Below the pieces are notes generated by a model. The model did no database searches. It saw only the letters and a list, made by a program, of their open reading frames with translations, and had not been told where the DNA came from. From an uncultured Lachnospiraceae bacterium (GTDB taxonomy: Bacteria; Bacillota; Clostridia; Lachnospirales; Lachnospiraceae), in NCBI GenBank assembly GCA_947588005.1, contig CANPYE010000002.1, forward strand, positions 3,733 through 67,732: a stretch of DNA of 64,000 nt, in the 5' to 3' direction. Of the stretch, positions 47,981-58,950 are shown in pieces; within the stretch, counting starts at the first letter, position 1, and every line of letters begins with the position of its first letter. Made by a program: the position numbers and the translations under genes.

Positions 47981-48424
47981 TCACACATCTTTATTCACTG
48001 TAATAGCCAACTGTATCCCTTTATTCCTTTTCACCCGAACAGCATGCGACATACATAAGCCAGACGGCTTATCATCATTAATCAAAATTCTTTCTCCAAC
48101 TGGCAGATTAAACAGTATAGCATCATATTTAATACCATTATCTTCTAAGAATTGTTCTGTCAGAGTGCGATATTTCTCCTCCCTCGAAGTTAGCAAGACA
48201 ACATAGTCTTCCTTCGGTAAACTATGTAGAAAATTTATGGATTCTTTTATAGGGATATCCTTCTCACTCCTAAAATACCCGTTATGGATTGCTATCGTTC
48301 CATCAATATCAATTAACCACGTATGCTTCAGGGAAGAAATCTCTAGTTTTTGTTGATCTGTCATGGAAGTATCCTTTATATCATTCAAAAAATCTCTTTT
48401 CATCTTATAGCGTCTTTTTCTCAT
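47981..48424 (-). CDS. Small HAD-superfamily phosphatase
   Basis: DIDGT, LTSR and RILINDDKPSG. Confidence 0.8.
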   Translation of the reverse strand: MRKRRYKMKRDFLNDIKDTSMTDQQKLEISSLKHTWLIDIDGTIAIHNGYFRSEKDIPIKESINFLHSLPKEDYVVLLTSREEKYRTLTEQFLEDNGIKYDAILFNLPVGERILINDDKPSGLCMSHAVRVKRNKGIQLAITVNKDV

Positions 48425-48439
48425 GTATATTTTATGTCA

Positions 48440-50569
48440 TTATTCCCTCAACTTTTCCCCAATTGCTCCGCCCGGATGATTCGGTTTAAAATCTCGCTCC
48501 AGTTCAAGCCCCAGCCGCCGTGAGAGTTCAATCGCCACAGTCTGCAGAACAATCAGATTCAACGTGGTTGAATTGTTCGGCATGATGTTCCATTGATCCC
48601 CCTCATGCTCCATATGGATGATTAATCGATGCTCCAACATATCTGCAAGTGTACTATGTTCTTCAAAACTCAACAGCCAAATCTGGATGCCCTCCCTTTT
48701 TTGCAAAAGCTCTGCCAGATAGACAGATTCTGCCGTATTGCCACTCTTAGTTAAAAGAATGACCAAATCTCCGGACTTTACCATTCCCATATCGCCATGA
48801 ACTGCTGAGTTCGTATGCAAAAAACCAGCATCCAGGCCAAGTGATAGCATAGTTCCAACAAACTTATCGCAGATAGGCACATTCTTACCTAGGCCGGAAG
48901 CCACAAGCCGATGCCCAGACCGCAGCGTTATCTCACAGGCTGAAATCAATTCTTCCAGACTTGTCCGCGAAATCGACTTTAATGCATCTTCAATAATCCT
49001 TTCATTTTTTTCAAAATAAGAAAAAGCGCTGTCATCGGACAGGGCTTCTTCCAGATAGTATAGTCCATTATAGAACGCTCCGCAGATGGAATCGTAGTCT
49101 TCCCATGTATAAGTCGTAAGTGACAACCATATCAATGCATGTAGTATGTGCATCTGCGCCGGGATCACTTCACCTCCAAGCATCCGGAAAAATTCCGTTT
49201 CCATGTCTTCCCAGCCATTGGATTCAATCTCCAGCCATACACCGTCCTCGCTAATATCTAGCCGGAAATGTTTCAGATTAAACCGGTCATAGTTCCCCAC
49301 AATGGAATAATAGAGTTTTGCCCAATCATAAGAAGCATCGCCGTAAAGCTCTGTGTTCCCAAAATACCCTCTCGGATCAATCAGCACAGGTTCTCCAGCT
49401 TCCGTAAGCATCAGGTTACTGAATGTGCAGTCACCATGGATCAGCAAAAATTTTTTTGGAAGATACCTCATGACAATTGACTCCACTTCTTCCCTATGAA
49501 AGAAGATGTTCCTGCATTCGCGTCCATTGACAATTACTGTGGTATCCTTGGCAAAAGGCACCAACTCCTTCACCTTCTCTAATCTTGCGAATGTCTTTCC
49601 AATATAAGCTTCATAGAAACTATCCTTATCTACAGGAATAGAATCTATCTTATGAACCTGACGCAGACATTTTATGACCTGTGACAATATATCTTTTTTC
49701 TCCGATAGCATCAGACTATCATATTCATATATATTCTTTCCCTTTACAACTTCCATACAGAGAGGATTATAGCCATATATAACTGGTATGTTTATGATAT
49801 CCTTACTTTCAATCGTGACATCTACATGCGATATAGTCTCCTGTATCTTCCTATACCACTCCACCTCACGCCCAGCTAGGGTTCGTCCCTGCTCATTAAT
49901 GGCTTCTTTATAAAATTTGCCATCCTTTATCCAAGTGCGGTTGAATGGCCTACAACGCCGTTTAGGTATTTTATCCCATTCTGAGAACAATCCATACTCA
50001 TGGGTTCTTGAAAGGATGAGTTCCTTAAACGCGATCTGCTGTTCGCCCAACCAACGCACAAACTCCCCATCGGCCGGAATGTCTGCAATCATATCTTTAT
50101 TACAAAAAACAAACAAACCTGCAACGCCTCGTTTCGTGCTTCTCTCCTCTACAAATTGCTTGTTTTCGTATTTCCATCTGCAGGGGAAATCCCCGGACAA
50201 TCCGACCAAATTAACATCTGTCTCTGGAATCACAAAATCAATCGGTAAGACTAGGTCACACCATATGAGCAAGAAAGACTCCTTTGGAGGGAGCATGGCA
50301 ACGGCATCCTGCAAACCAGCACACGTGCCATTATGCCCCCCCGCATTCACTATCTTGTAATCTACTGTAGCAAATGCCTTTAGATACTGATCCAACACAT
50401 CATATTTATAGTCTCCGATGATGATAAACTTTTTATCCGGGTATTTGCGAAACAGATGGAACAGCATCGGAAGATTATCCACCGGCACCAAAGCCTTGGG
50501 CTTATTTTTCGTCAACTGTTCCATGCGAGTCCCTTTTCCCCCCGCTTGAACGATGATATAGTCGAACAT
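48440..50569 (-). CDS. Trifunctional nucleotidyltransferase / APH-choline-kinase-like / KpsF-type SIS isomerase
   Basis: AGGKGTR..LT.NKPK; HGDCTFSN..IDPRG..YDWAK; GLGK, HGDMGMV, KSG.T.E, P.NST and HPGGAIG. Confidence 0.82.
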   Translation of the reverse strand: MFDYIIVQAGGKGTRMEQLTKNKPKALVPVDNLPMLFHLFRKYPDKKFIIIGDYKYDVLDQYLKAFATVDYKIVNAGGHNGTCAGLQDAVAMLPPKESFLLIWCDLVLPIDFVIPETDVNLVGLSGDFPCRWKYENKQFVEERSTKRGVAGLFVFCNKDMIADIPADGEFVRWLGEQQIAFKELILSRTHEYGLFSEWDKIPKRRCRPFNRTWIKDGKFYKEAINEQGRTLAGREVEWYRKIQETISHVDVTIESKDIINIPVIYGYNPLCMEVVKGKNIYEYDSLMLSEKKDILSQVIKCLRQVHKIDSIPVDKDSFYEAYIGKTFARLEKVKELVPFAKDTTVIVNGRECRNIFFHREEVESIVMRYLPKKFLLIHGDCTFSNLMLTEAGEPVLIDPRGYFGNTELYGDASYDWAKLYYSIVGNYDRFNLKHFRLDISEDGVWLEIESNGWEDMETEFFRMLGGEVIPAQMHILHALIWLSLTTYTWEDYDSICGAFYNGLYYLEEALSDDSAFSYFEKNERIIEDALKSISRTSLEELISACEITLRSGHRLVASGLGKNVPICDKFVGTMLSLGLDAGFLHTNSAVHGDMGMVKSGDLVILLTKSGNTAESVYLAELLQKREGIQIWLLSFEEHSTLADMLEHRLIIHMEHEGDQWNIMPNNSTTLNLIVLQTVAIELSRRLGLELERDFKPNHPGGAIGEKLRE

Positions 50570-50604
50570 AGATATTTCTACTCCTTTTATCGCAATTTTT
50601 TTAG

Positions 50605-51516
50605 CTATACAGTTTCTAATATCTGTTCTAATAATTTCCCTTCGTTACCATCCATACTTTGAAACTCTCTCAAATTAGCGATATGGGGTATCTTATCTAT
50701 TGTATAAGCTTTATAAAAATCGATTTCCTTATGATAGGGATAAAGCACAATCAAGTTACATTCCTGCTTTACTAAAAGATCGCACATCCCACTTCTCACA
50801 GAAATTATATACCTAAACAACGAAGCCGCATCAAATATGTCAACAATAGAAAAAGAACTCAGATCTGTTATTCCAGACTTTACTTTTTCTAGACTGTCTA
50901 AAATTCCTGCATCATTTACATAAACATTATATTTTTGTGACAGATTATCAATCAGTGCTACCCAAAACTCTTTTTTAAATGATAGGATAGAATTACAAAC
51001 AGGCATCACAAGAACCGAATTTTCTTTAACTTTGGCAAGCTTTTGAGATTCTCTCGTTAATCCGATCTGTCGGGGAGAATGAATACCTGAATCAAGCCCA
51101 AAAATATACTTTGTATAAACTTCTTCAAATGTATTATACTTCGATATTTTATCGTATTTTTTACTCAAAGTCTTGGGATGTAATAGTTTATACTTATAAG
51201 AAGGCTTTATTTTATTAAGAATCAATAAATAATAATAGAATGCCTTCCTATCCTCCTTTTTATAATATACCACATCTGCTTTACTGACATCGCACAGTTC
51301 AACTATGTCTTTGTGGTCTTCCTGAATAAAAAGTGTCAAATGTTTTATATGCTCCTTGGCAATATAAGAATCGATAAATAGAGCAACGTACAAAGAATCC
51401 CCAATCCCCCCACATGAGAATACAATATCCCCCTGTGGAATAGGAGTTCTTTTAATCGCATTCATTCCATCAAAAAATAACTTGATTTTTCTAAATTGAT
51501 TTATCAAATGATCCAC
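50605..51516 (-). CDS. GT9 (heptosyltransferase)-like glycosyltransferase
   Basis: GGIGD, P......K.FW..L and ISVRSG.CDL. Confidence 0.5.
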   Translation of the reverse strand: MDHLINQFRKIKLFFDGMNAIKRTPIPQGDIVFSCGGIGDSLYVALFIDSYIAKEHIKHLTLFIQEDHKDIVELCDVSKADVVYYKKEDRKAFYYYLLILNKIKPSYKYKLLHPKTLSKKYDKISKYNTFEEVYTKYIFGLDSGIHSPRQIGLTRESQKLAKVKENSVLVMPVCNSILSFKKEFWVALIDNLSQKYNVYVNDAGILDSLEKVKSGITDLSSFSIVDIFDAASLFRYIISVRSGMCDLLVKQECNLIVLYPYHKEIDFYKAYTIDKIPHIANLREFQSMDGNEGKLLEQILETV

Positions 51517-52657
51517 AATTTTTTCCCCACACCATCTTATCCACAATCCCCGTATAACTTTGGATCAGTCTTACCACTTTCATACTCACATTCTCATCCG
51601 TATAATCTGGCACCTCGACCGCCAAGTCACCATTATCCTTCATCCGTACTGCCATGTCCACGGCCTGCAGTACCTGCTTTGTAGTGATACTCCCCAGAAT
51701 GAAGTTTCCTTTATCCAAAGCTTCCGGCCGCTCCGTCGAAGTCCTCACACACACCGCCGCAAACGGCATCCCCTTGGCGTTGAAATATGCTGATTCCTCC
51801 GGCAGCGTCCCGCTATCGGACACCACACAGAAGGCGTTCAGCTGCAGATGGTTATAATCCGTGAAGCTAAATGGCTGCAGGCTCCTCACTAATGGATGGA
51901 ACTGGAAATGCCTCGCCTCAATGAACTTCCTGCTCCTCGGATGGGTGCTGTAGATCACAGGCTTCTGATAGGTCTCCGCCATGGCATTTACCGCATTCAT
52001 CAGGGCCATAAAGCTCTGCTCATTGTCGATATTTTCCTCCCGGTGGGCGGACAGAAGAATATAGCCGTCCTTTTCAAATCCCAGACGCTCCAGCACATCA
52101 CTTTCAAGGATCCGGTCCAGATGGGCGCTTAAGACCTCCGCCATCGGGGATCCGGTCACATAGGTCCTCTCCTTCGGCCGTCCTTCCGCGTTCAGGTACC
52201 TCCTGGCATGTTCGCTGTAGCACAGGTTCACATCCGCGATATGGTCCACGATCCTCCGGTTGGTTTCCTCCGGCAGGTTCTCGTCAAAACAGCGGTTTCC
52301 GGCTTCCATATGGAAGATCGGGATCTTGAGGCGCTTGGCCGGGATCGCAGACAATGCCGAATTGGTGTCTCCCAGGATCAGCACCGCATCCGGCTTCCAG
52401 GAAAGCATCTCCTGATAACTTCTCGCGATAATGTTGCCGATCGTCTCACCCAGGTCTTTCCCTACTGCGTCCAGATAGACATCCGGGTTTCTCAGACCCA
52501 GGTCCTCAAAGAAGATCTGGTTCAGCGTGTAGTCATAGTTCTGCCCAGTATGGACCAGTCTGTGGTCAAAGTATGTATCACATTTCTTAATGACTTCCGA
52601 CAGCCGTATGATCTCCGGACGTGTGCCCAGGACTGTCATTAGCTTCAATTTCTCCAT
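51491..52657 (-). CDS. fnlC: Non-hydrolysing UDP-sugar 2-epimerase (FnlC/Cap5G)
   Basis: GTRPEIIRLS, HTGQNYD, HMEAGNRCFD..PEE.NR and SDSGT. Confidence 0.9.
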   Translation of the reverse strand: MEKLKLMTVLGTRPEIIRLSEVIKKCDTYFDHRLVHTGQNYDYTLNQIFFEDLGLRNPDVYLDAVGKDLGETIGNIIARSYQEMLSWKPDAVLILGDTNSALSAIPAKRLKIPIFHMEAGNRCFDENLPEETNRRIVDHIADVNLCYSEHARRYLNAEGRPKERTYVTGSPMAEVLSAHLDRILESDVLERLGFEKDGYILLSAHREENIDNEQSFMALMNAVNAMAETYQKPVIYSTHPRSRKFIEARHFQFHPLVRSLQPFSFTDYNHLQLNAFCVVSDSGTLPEESAYFNAKGMPFAAVCVRTSTERPEALDKGNFILGSITTKQVLQAVDMAVRMKDNGDLAVEVPDYTDENVSMKVVRLIQSYTGIVDKMVWGKNCGSFDKSI

Positions 52658-52712
52658 GAATCCTTTTCTCTCCCTGTCCAGCGCCAGCAGCCAACAGCCG
52701 ACCGCGTATTTC

Positions 52713-53843
52713 CTATCCCTGCGTCGTGTTCACCCGCAGCGGATATGTATCCGGCCTCTCCGGGTCAAAGCACTCATTGCTCCACATAAACGTCACAAGA
52801 TCCGTATCTCCCTCGTTGACAATGTTATGGGTGTAGCCACATGGGATATCCACTACTTCCAGCTTTTCCCCAGATACATGGTAACTGTAGATTTCCTCCG
52901 AATCCGGTTTTCGGAACTGGATCAGAGCCTTACCGCTCACTACCAGAAATTTCTCATTCTTCGTATCATGCCAGTGGTTTCCTTTCTCGATCCCCGGTTT
53001 CGAGATGTTCACCGAGAACTGTCCCCGGTCTGCCGTCCGCAGGATCTCCGTGAAGGAGCCCCGCTGGTCTGTATGCATGTTCAGCGGATACGCAAATGCG
53101 TCTTCCGACAGGTAACTTAAGTAAGTGCTGTACAGCTTCTTGCTGAAGGTCCCTTCCGTCATGTCCGGCACCTGCAGCGTCTTCCTTGAATCGCGGAAAG
53201 ATTCCAGCAGATCTACGATCTCACCCAAAGTCATCTCATGAACCGGTTCCACCCTGCAACGTCCATCTTCTGCACGATTTTCTTGGCCGTCCAGAGCCCG
53301 CACCAGTTCATCCACCACATCATCGATATAGACCAGCCTGAGCTTCGTATCTCTCCCGTTCACCTGCAGCGGCAGATCGCGGGCCGTATTGTAACAGAAC
53401 GTGGCTACGGCGCTATTATAATTTGGACGGCACCATTTCCCGAACACATTTGGAAAACGGTAGACCAGGACCTTCGCTCCGGTCTTCCTGCCGTATTCCA
53501 GCAGTATTTCCTCTCCTGCCAGCTTGCTCTTTCCATAAGGGTTGTCCAACTCTGCCTGTGTCGAAGATGACAGCATCACCGAGCAACGGTTGTGGTTTTT
53601 CTCCAACAGTTTCAAAAGCTTCAATGTAAATCCGATGTTCCCTTCCTGAAACTCCTCTACATGTTCCGGACGGTTGACTCCCGCCAGATGGAACACAAAA
53701 TCGCAGTCCTGGCAGAAAGACTCCAGACTTCCCTCGGGACTGTCCTTATCGTATTCATAGATATCCCCAGCCCCGATGTTCCTAAGCCGCTCCGTCAGGT
53801 TCCGTCCAATAAAGCCTTTCGCGCCTGTCACCAGTATCTTCAT
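52713..53843 (-). CDS. fnlB: UDP-L-FucNAc biosynthesis reductase/epimerase (FnlB/Cap5F)
   Basis: HLAGVNRP, PNVFGKWCRPNYNS and a C-terminal cupin (KGNHWH.TK.EKF). Confidence 0.92.
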   Translation of the reverse strand: MKILVTGAKGFIGRNLTERLRNIGAGDIYEYDKDSPEGSLESFCQDCDFVFHLAGVNRPEHVEEFQEGNIGFTLKLLKLLEKNHNRCSVMLSSSTQAELDNPYGKSKLAGEEILLEYGRKTGAKVLVYRFPNVFGKWCRPNYNSAVATFCYNTARDLPLQVNGRDTKLRLVYIDDVVDELVRALDGQENRAEDGRCRVEPVHEMTLGEIVDLLESFRDSRKTLQVPDMTEGTFSKKLYSTYLSYLSEDAFAYPLNMHTDQRGSFTEILRTADRGQFSVNISKPGIEKGNHWHDTKNEKFLVVSGKALIQFRKPDSEEIYSYHVSGEKLEVVDIPCGYTHNIVNEGDTDLVTFMWSNECFDPERPDTYPLRVNTTQG

Positions 53844-54886
53844 CCGCGCAGTTCCTCCCATTCCGCGATCTCATTGCGGATATATTCCAGTTGAAAAAGT
53901 TTTCCTTTCACCTGTTCCACATCCAGAAGATCCGTGTTGTTGGAATTAAACTCGCTTAAGGTATTCCTCGCACTGTTCCCGGCGATAAAATATTTGTCGT
54001 AATTCAGATCCCTTTTGTCCGCAGGCACCCGGAAGAAATTCCCCATATCAATAGCGTGGGAACATTCCTCATTGGTCAGCAGGGTCTCATACATCTTTTC
54101 CCCATGACGGATGCCTATAACTTTCACTTCATTGTCCGCATGAAACAGTTCCTTTACTGCCTGTGTCAGCGTTCCGATCGTGCAGGCGGGCGCTTTCTGC
54201 ACCATGATATCCCCGGATTCCGCGTTCTGGAACGCGAATACCACTAGTTCCACCGCTTCCTCCAGGCTCATGATGAACCGGGTCATCGCAGGCTCCGTGA
54301 CAGTCAGCGGTTTTCCCTCCTTGATCTGTTTGATAAACAGCGGTACAACGGACCCTCTGGAGCAAAGGACATTACCGTAGCGTGTACAGCAAATGGCTGT
54401 TTTCTCCGGCGAAACCGTCCTGGATTTGGCCACGATCACCTTCTCCATCATGGCCTTGCTGGTCCCCATGGCATTGACCGGATAAGCCGCCTTATCGGTA
54501 GACAAGCAGATGACCTTTTTTACGCCTTCCTCAATGGCTGCCGTCAGGACATTCTCTGTTCCTAATACATTCGTACGGACTGCCTCGATGGGAAAAAATT
54601 CACAGGACGGCACCTGCTTCAATGCAGCCGCATGAAAGATAAAATCCACACCATGCATGGCATTCCGGATACTGTTAACGTCACGGACATCCCCTATGTA
54701 AAACTTGATCTTATCACTCAGCTCCGGATATTTCTGCTGGTACAGATGGCGCATATCATCCTGTTTCAGTTCATCACGAGAAAAGATACGGATCTCTTTC
54801 AGTTCTGAATCCAAAAAACGGTTCAATACTGCATTTCCAAAAGACCCCGTACCTCCGGTGATCATAAGTGTCTTTTTTTCAAACAT
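53840..54886 (-). CDS. fnlA: UDP-GlcNAc 4,6-dehydratase/5-epimerase (FnlA/Cap5E)
   Basis: GGTGSFG, SRDE.KQ, HAAALKQVPSCEF.P and STDKA.YP. Confidence 0.93.
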   Translation of the reverse strand: MFEKKTLMITGGTGSFGNAVLNRFLDSELKEIRIFSRDELKQDDMRHLYQQKYPELSDKIKFYIGDVRDVNSIRNAMHGVDFIFHAAALKQVPSCEFFPIEAVRTNVLGTENVLTAAIEEGVKKVICLSTDKAAYPVNAMGTSKAMMEKVIVAKSRTVSPEKTAICCTRYGNVLCSRGSVVPLFIKQIKEGKPLTVTEPAMTRFIMSLEEAVELVVFAFQNAESGDIMVQKAPACTIGTLTQAVKELFHADNEVKVIGIRHGEKMYETLLTNEECSHAIDMGNFFRVPADKRDLNYDKYFIAGNSARNTLSEFNSNNTDLLDVEQVKGKLFQLEYIRNEIAEWEELRG

Positions 54887-56114
54887 TCTTACTGCCTCTT
54901 TCCCATGCTTCATATGCGTTGATTATTTTTTGATACGCTTTTTCTGTCGTAAAATGCTCCGACATATATCGCTTGCCATTCATACCTTTCTTTATAAATA
55001 CTGATGCATCCTCAATAACAGTCCTAACAATATCTACGTATTTATCTGAATCATTACTTTCACACCACCAGCCAAAGTCCTGATCTATAATCAATCTCCC
55101 TAAATCCGTATTTATATCCGTTGCCGCAAGCACAGGCATGCCCAAATTCATATAATCCAACAACCTGGAGGGAAAATTCGGTATTGTAAACCGATGGTCT
55201 AAAAAAATAAGAGCTACATCACTAGCCCTCAATAGGTTTTTATAATCGCCGTATGGAAGTCCCTCAATCACAGTCAGATTTTCTGCTTTGGTACGCTCCT
55301 TATATTCTTTTATCCTATGAAATTCTGTCCCGGATCCACACATAACAAAATGTACTTTCTCTATCCTTTGTACTTTATCAAGAACCTGAAGAATAAACCC
55401 AATACCCTGTGGTTTTCCAAAATTACCGCCATATGTAAATATAGTCTTATTCTTTGGCAGGTCATATTTTTCTCTCAAAGATTCCTTATTAACTGCTTCT
55501 AACGGAATCACATCAACCGTATTCGGACATATCTCTATCTTATCTCTCGAAATATCCCTGTTGTATCTCAAAATAAATCTGGCATTTGCTGGAGACATAC
55601 AGCCAATCCTGTCTGAATAACTATATAATTGACGTTCCTTTCTTCGGAAATATTTGTACAATATTCCACTCAGTCCTGCCGTTCTCATCATACCAAGATC
55701 CACGGCATTCTGAGGGAATATATCTTTTAACATAAGATAAGTAAACACATCATCCCGCCGTTTCATATGTCTGACAACAGGAGCCAGAGTTATAGGAGGA
55801 GTAGAATACAATATAATATCAAAACTTTCGTCTCCAAAATATTTATTGATAGCATTTCTATATTTCTGGCCGATCAGCAGGGTCGAAATGCCTTTTTCGA
55901 TAATATTTGTCTTTGTGATATTGCCAGTCCTGACATAGAGTATTCTCACGTTATCCACATTTTCCAGATGTGTTTTCTTTCTTTCTCTCCGTTCATTCTG
56001 GCACACAATACACACATCATGCCCTTTATCACGAAAATAACGAAGCAGATCCGAGTATATCCCATGATCTTCAATATTCCTTATCTTTCCAATCGTTAGA
56101 AATATGATCTTCAT
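54879..56114 (-). CDS. GT4 glycosyltransferase (WbuB-like L-FucNAc transferase)
   Basis: [25 protein letters not shown] and PNFPSR.L.YM. Confidence 0.85.
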   Translation of the reverse strand: MKIIFLTIGKIRNIEDHGIYSDLLRYFRDKGHDVCIVCQNERRERKKTHLENVDNVRILYVRTGNITKTNIIEKGISTLLIGQKYRNAINKYFGDESFDIILYSTPPITLAPVVRHMKRRDDVFTYLMLKDIFPQNAVDLGMMRTAGLSGILYKYFRRKERQLYSYSDRIGCMSPANARFILRYNRDISRDKIEICPNTVDVIPLEAVNKESLREKYDLPKNKTIFTYGGNFGKPQGIGFILQVLDKVQRIEKVHFVMCGSGTEFHRIKEYKERTKAENLTVIEGLPYGDYKNLLRASDVALIFLDHRFTIPNFPSRLLDYMNLGMPVLAATDINTDLGRLIIDQDFGWWCESNDSDKYVDIVRTVIEDASVFIKKGMNGKRYMSEHFTTEKAYQKIINAYEAWERGSKNV

Positions 56115-56737
56115 CTTTTGGGGTCTCCCATAAACTCTCCCATCGTCGCCTCTCCAACTGCGCTGATCCCTTCCCTTTTCAGCACAGCCAATACCGTCAA
56201 AAAGATAATCTTCCAATCCCCCAGAAACGTAACATGATCCACATACTTCACATCCCAGTTAAATTTCTCATCCCAACTGATTGCATTACGCCCATGCACC
56301 TGTGCCAGTCCCGTGATTCCCGGCCGCACCTCATGTCTTCTGGCCTGATGTTTACTGTACCGAGGCAGGTATTCAACCAGCAGCGGCCTGGGCCCTACCA
56401 CACTCATATCCCCCTTCAGGACATTTAACAGTTCCGGAAGTTCATCCAAAGACGTCGACCGCAGCTTCTTTCCAAACCCGGTAAGCCGTACCTCATCTGG
56501 AAGCAGGTTCCCGTCTTTATCCCTTTGGCTTGTCATGGACCGGAACTTATAAAGTTTGAAAATTTTTCCATCTTTCCCAGGTCTATCCTGTGTGAACAGT
56601 ACAGGACTGCCCAGCTTTTTCCACACAAGCAGCGCCGTCACCAGCATCACTGGTGACAACAGAATCATAGCCAGAAACGCACACAGGAAATCCTGCGGCC
56701 GTTTTATGTATCTCTCATAGATGCCCTGTCTGTGCAT
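56111..56737 (-). CDS. Initiating phosphoglycosyl transferase (PglC/EpsL-like)
   Basis: [28 protein letters not shown] and RPGITG.AQ. Confidence 0.92.
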   Translation of the reverse strand: MHRQGIYERYIKRPQDFLCAFLAMILLSPVMLVTALLVWKKLGSPVLFTQDRPGKDGKIFKLYKFRSMTSQRDKDGNLLPDEVRLTGFGKKLRSTSLDELPELLNVLKGDMSVVGPRPLLVEYLPRYSKHQARRHEVRPGITGLAQVHGRNAISWDEKFNWDVKYVDHVTFLGDWKIIFLTVLAVLKREGISAVGEATMGEFMGDPKR

Positions 56738-56774
56738 TTGACTTTCCCCCCCTGTTCCATGGATCTTTTCGCTG

Positions 56775-57413
56775 TCATGACCGCCCAAAACTAATGCTTT
56801 CAGTATGCATATCCTTTCGCTTTTCCCTGGCAGGAATCCCTATATATACTCCTGGTCTCCAGATATCCTTTACCACAACTGCTCCTGCTCCGATTACGGA
56901 ATTCTCACAGATATTCACATTATTTGATATAGTCGCGCCTGCCCCGATCCAGGTGGAATCTTCTATTCTCACAGATCCGGCAATATGTGCCCCTACGGCA
57001 ACATGAACATAATTACCAATCTCACAGTCATGGTCCACGGAACTGCAGGTATTGATTATGACGCCCTCTCCAATCGATGTTCCGGGATTAATGACTGCTC
57101 CTGCCATTACAATCACACCATTCCCAATAGTTACATTTTTCGCAATAACCGCGTTCGGATGAATCAGCGTAACCACTGATTCCAGTTTTTCCATAAGGTT
57201 TCTGCGAACCATCGGATTTCCGATCGCAACAAACAGATCGCAGCCCAGGGAATTCGCAATCGCATTTTTTCCAATCACAGGATATGGGCCACAGTTTTTT
57301 ACGGCATCATTATCATCTAAGAATACGATTTCACTGTAGCCGCAGAGCGACGCAATATCAGCAGCGACTTTCCCATGGCCCCCAGCCCCTAAAATAGCTA
57401 TTCTTTTCATCAA
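56775..57413 (-). CDS. PglD/EpsM-like acetyltransferase
   Basis: [12 protein letters not shown]...R and VDHDC. Confidence 0.9.
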   Translation of the reverse strand: MMKRIAILGAGGHGKVAADIASLCGYSEIVFLDDNDAVKNCGPYPVIGKNAIANSLGCDLFVAIGNPMVRRNLMEKLESVVTLIHPNAVIAKNVTIGNGVIVMAGAVINPGTSIGEGVIINTCSSVDHDCEIGNYVHVAVGAHIAGSVRIEDSTWIGAGATISNNVNICENSVIGAGAVVVKDIWRPGVYIGIPAREKRKDMHTESISFGRS

Positions 57414-57540
57414 TTATCCCACTATCAATTCTTTATCCTATACGCCAGTTACATTTGCTGTAATTCCTAACTCGAACTAAACCGGCTCATATTTATGTCT
57501 TCATTCAGCTTCCCCGCAGCGACACCACGGGGCAAATATT

Positions 57541-58806
57541 TTATCCAAAGCAGCTTCTGACTATCCCGATGATGGCCTTTTGCTGCCCCTCCGTCATCTT
57601 ATTGTCACTCGGCAGGCACAGACCTCTCGCAAAGATATCCGCGCCTACATCCGGGGTTCCGCCTCCATCAATATATGCGTTCGACCTTGCCCTTCCGCTC
57701 CCGTCCTTTATGATAAATGGGTTCATCCGGTATACCGGCTGCAGATGCATCGGCTTCCAGATCGGCCGGCCTTCCGCGTTGTGCGCCGCCAGTTTCTCCA
57801 ATATCTCCGTCGGGCAGCTCTTTCCATTCTCCGGCACATACAGCGAATCCTTCTCCCCGCGTACCTGTCGGCACATCGCTTCCTTATCGATCACCAGGCA
57901 GCTCAGCCAAAAGTTCGGCTCCATCTCCCCCTCTATGTACGGGTTCATCTTTACCGGCAAATCCTTAAGGCCTTCCTTATACCGCATATAGATCTCTTTC
58001 TTCTGCCGGATATGCTCCCCCAGGTACCCGAACTGTCCGCGCACAATCCCCGCAATGATGTTGCTCATCCGGTAGTTGTACCCCAGCTCCTCATGCTGGT
58101 ACCACGGCGCCGCCTCCCGGCTCTGCGTCGACCATTTCCGCGCCTTATCCGCCGCTTCCTGATCGTCCGTCAGAAGCATCCCGCCGGAGCTCCCGGTGAT
58201 GATCTTGTTGCCGTTGAAGGAGATCACGTTGTAAAGGCCGAAATTGCCGGTCTGGACGCCCTTGTAAGTCGCCCCCAGGGATTCCGCCGCGTCCTCAACC
58301 AGAAGCGCTCCGTGCCTCTTACAGACATCCCGAATCTCATCCAGCTTCGCAGGCGTCCCATACAGGTTCGCCAGCACCACCAGTTTCACGTCCGGATAAA
58401 TGGAAAAGGCCTTCTCCAGCGCTTCCGGATCCATGTTCCAGCTCTCGTATTCCGAATCGATGAAGACGGCCTCGCCGCCCTCATAGGCCACCGGGTTCAC
58501 CGTGGCGTCGAAGGTCATGTCGGAGCAGAACGCCCTGTGTCCTTCCAGGCTTCCGTGTCCCGGCTCCGGCTGGCCGTAGAGCCGCTCCCCCGCAAGCTTT
58601 ACCGCCAGGTGGAGGGCCGCGGTGCCACTGGAAAGAGCCACGGCGCTTCCGCAGCCTATGTATTCCCTTGCCAGCTTTTCCAGCTCCGTCAGGTTCTCAC
58701 CCACGGTGCTGACCCAGTTCTTCTCGATGGCCTCCGTTACATATTTCAGTTCCTCCCCGTGCATGGTCGGGGAGGAAAGCCATACTTTTTCCCTGAATTG
58801 TTCCAT
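57541..58806 (-). CDS. DegT-family aminotransferase (PglE/EpsN-like)
   Basis: WLSSP.M, SSGTAALHL, EDAAESLG, SFNGNKIIT and GYNYRMSN. Confidence 0.92.
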   Translation of the reverse strand: MEQFREKVWLSSPTMHGEELKYVTEAIEKNWVSTVGENLTELEKLAREYIGCGSAVALSSGTAALHLAVKLAGERLYGQPEPGHGSLEGHRAFCSDMTFDATVNPVAYEGGEAVFIDSEYESWNMDPEALEKAFSIYPDVKLVVLANLYGTPAKLDEIRDVCKRHGALLVEDAAESLGATYKGVQTGNFGLYNVISFNGNKIITGSSGGMLLTDDQEAADKARKWSTQSREAAPWYQHEELGYNYRMSNIIAGIVRGQFGYLGEHIRQKKEIYMRYKEGLKDLPVKMNPYIEGEMEPNFWLSCLVIDKEAMCRQVRGEKDSLYVPENGKSCPTEILEKLAAHNAEGRPIWKPMHLQPVYRMNPFIIKDGSGRARSNAYIDGGGTPDVGADIFARGLCLPSDNKMTEGQQKAIIGIVRSCFG

Positions 58807-58950
58807 TATGTTGTTCCTCTGTTTTGCCGTAATGCAGAGAATTTTACAAATATTCTCTTCTGCATACTGACATAATATAAAACACCCTGATTCTGGCAGT
58901 TTTCTTCACATACAGGCACTGCACAAACTCCTGCCGTCAGCTTCTACATT

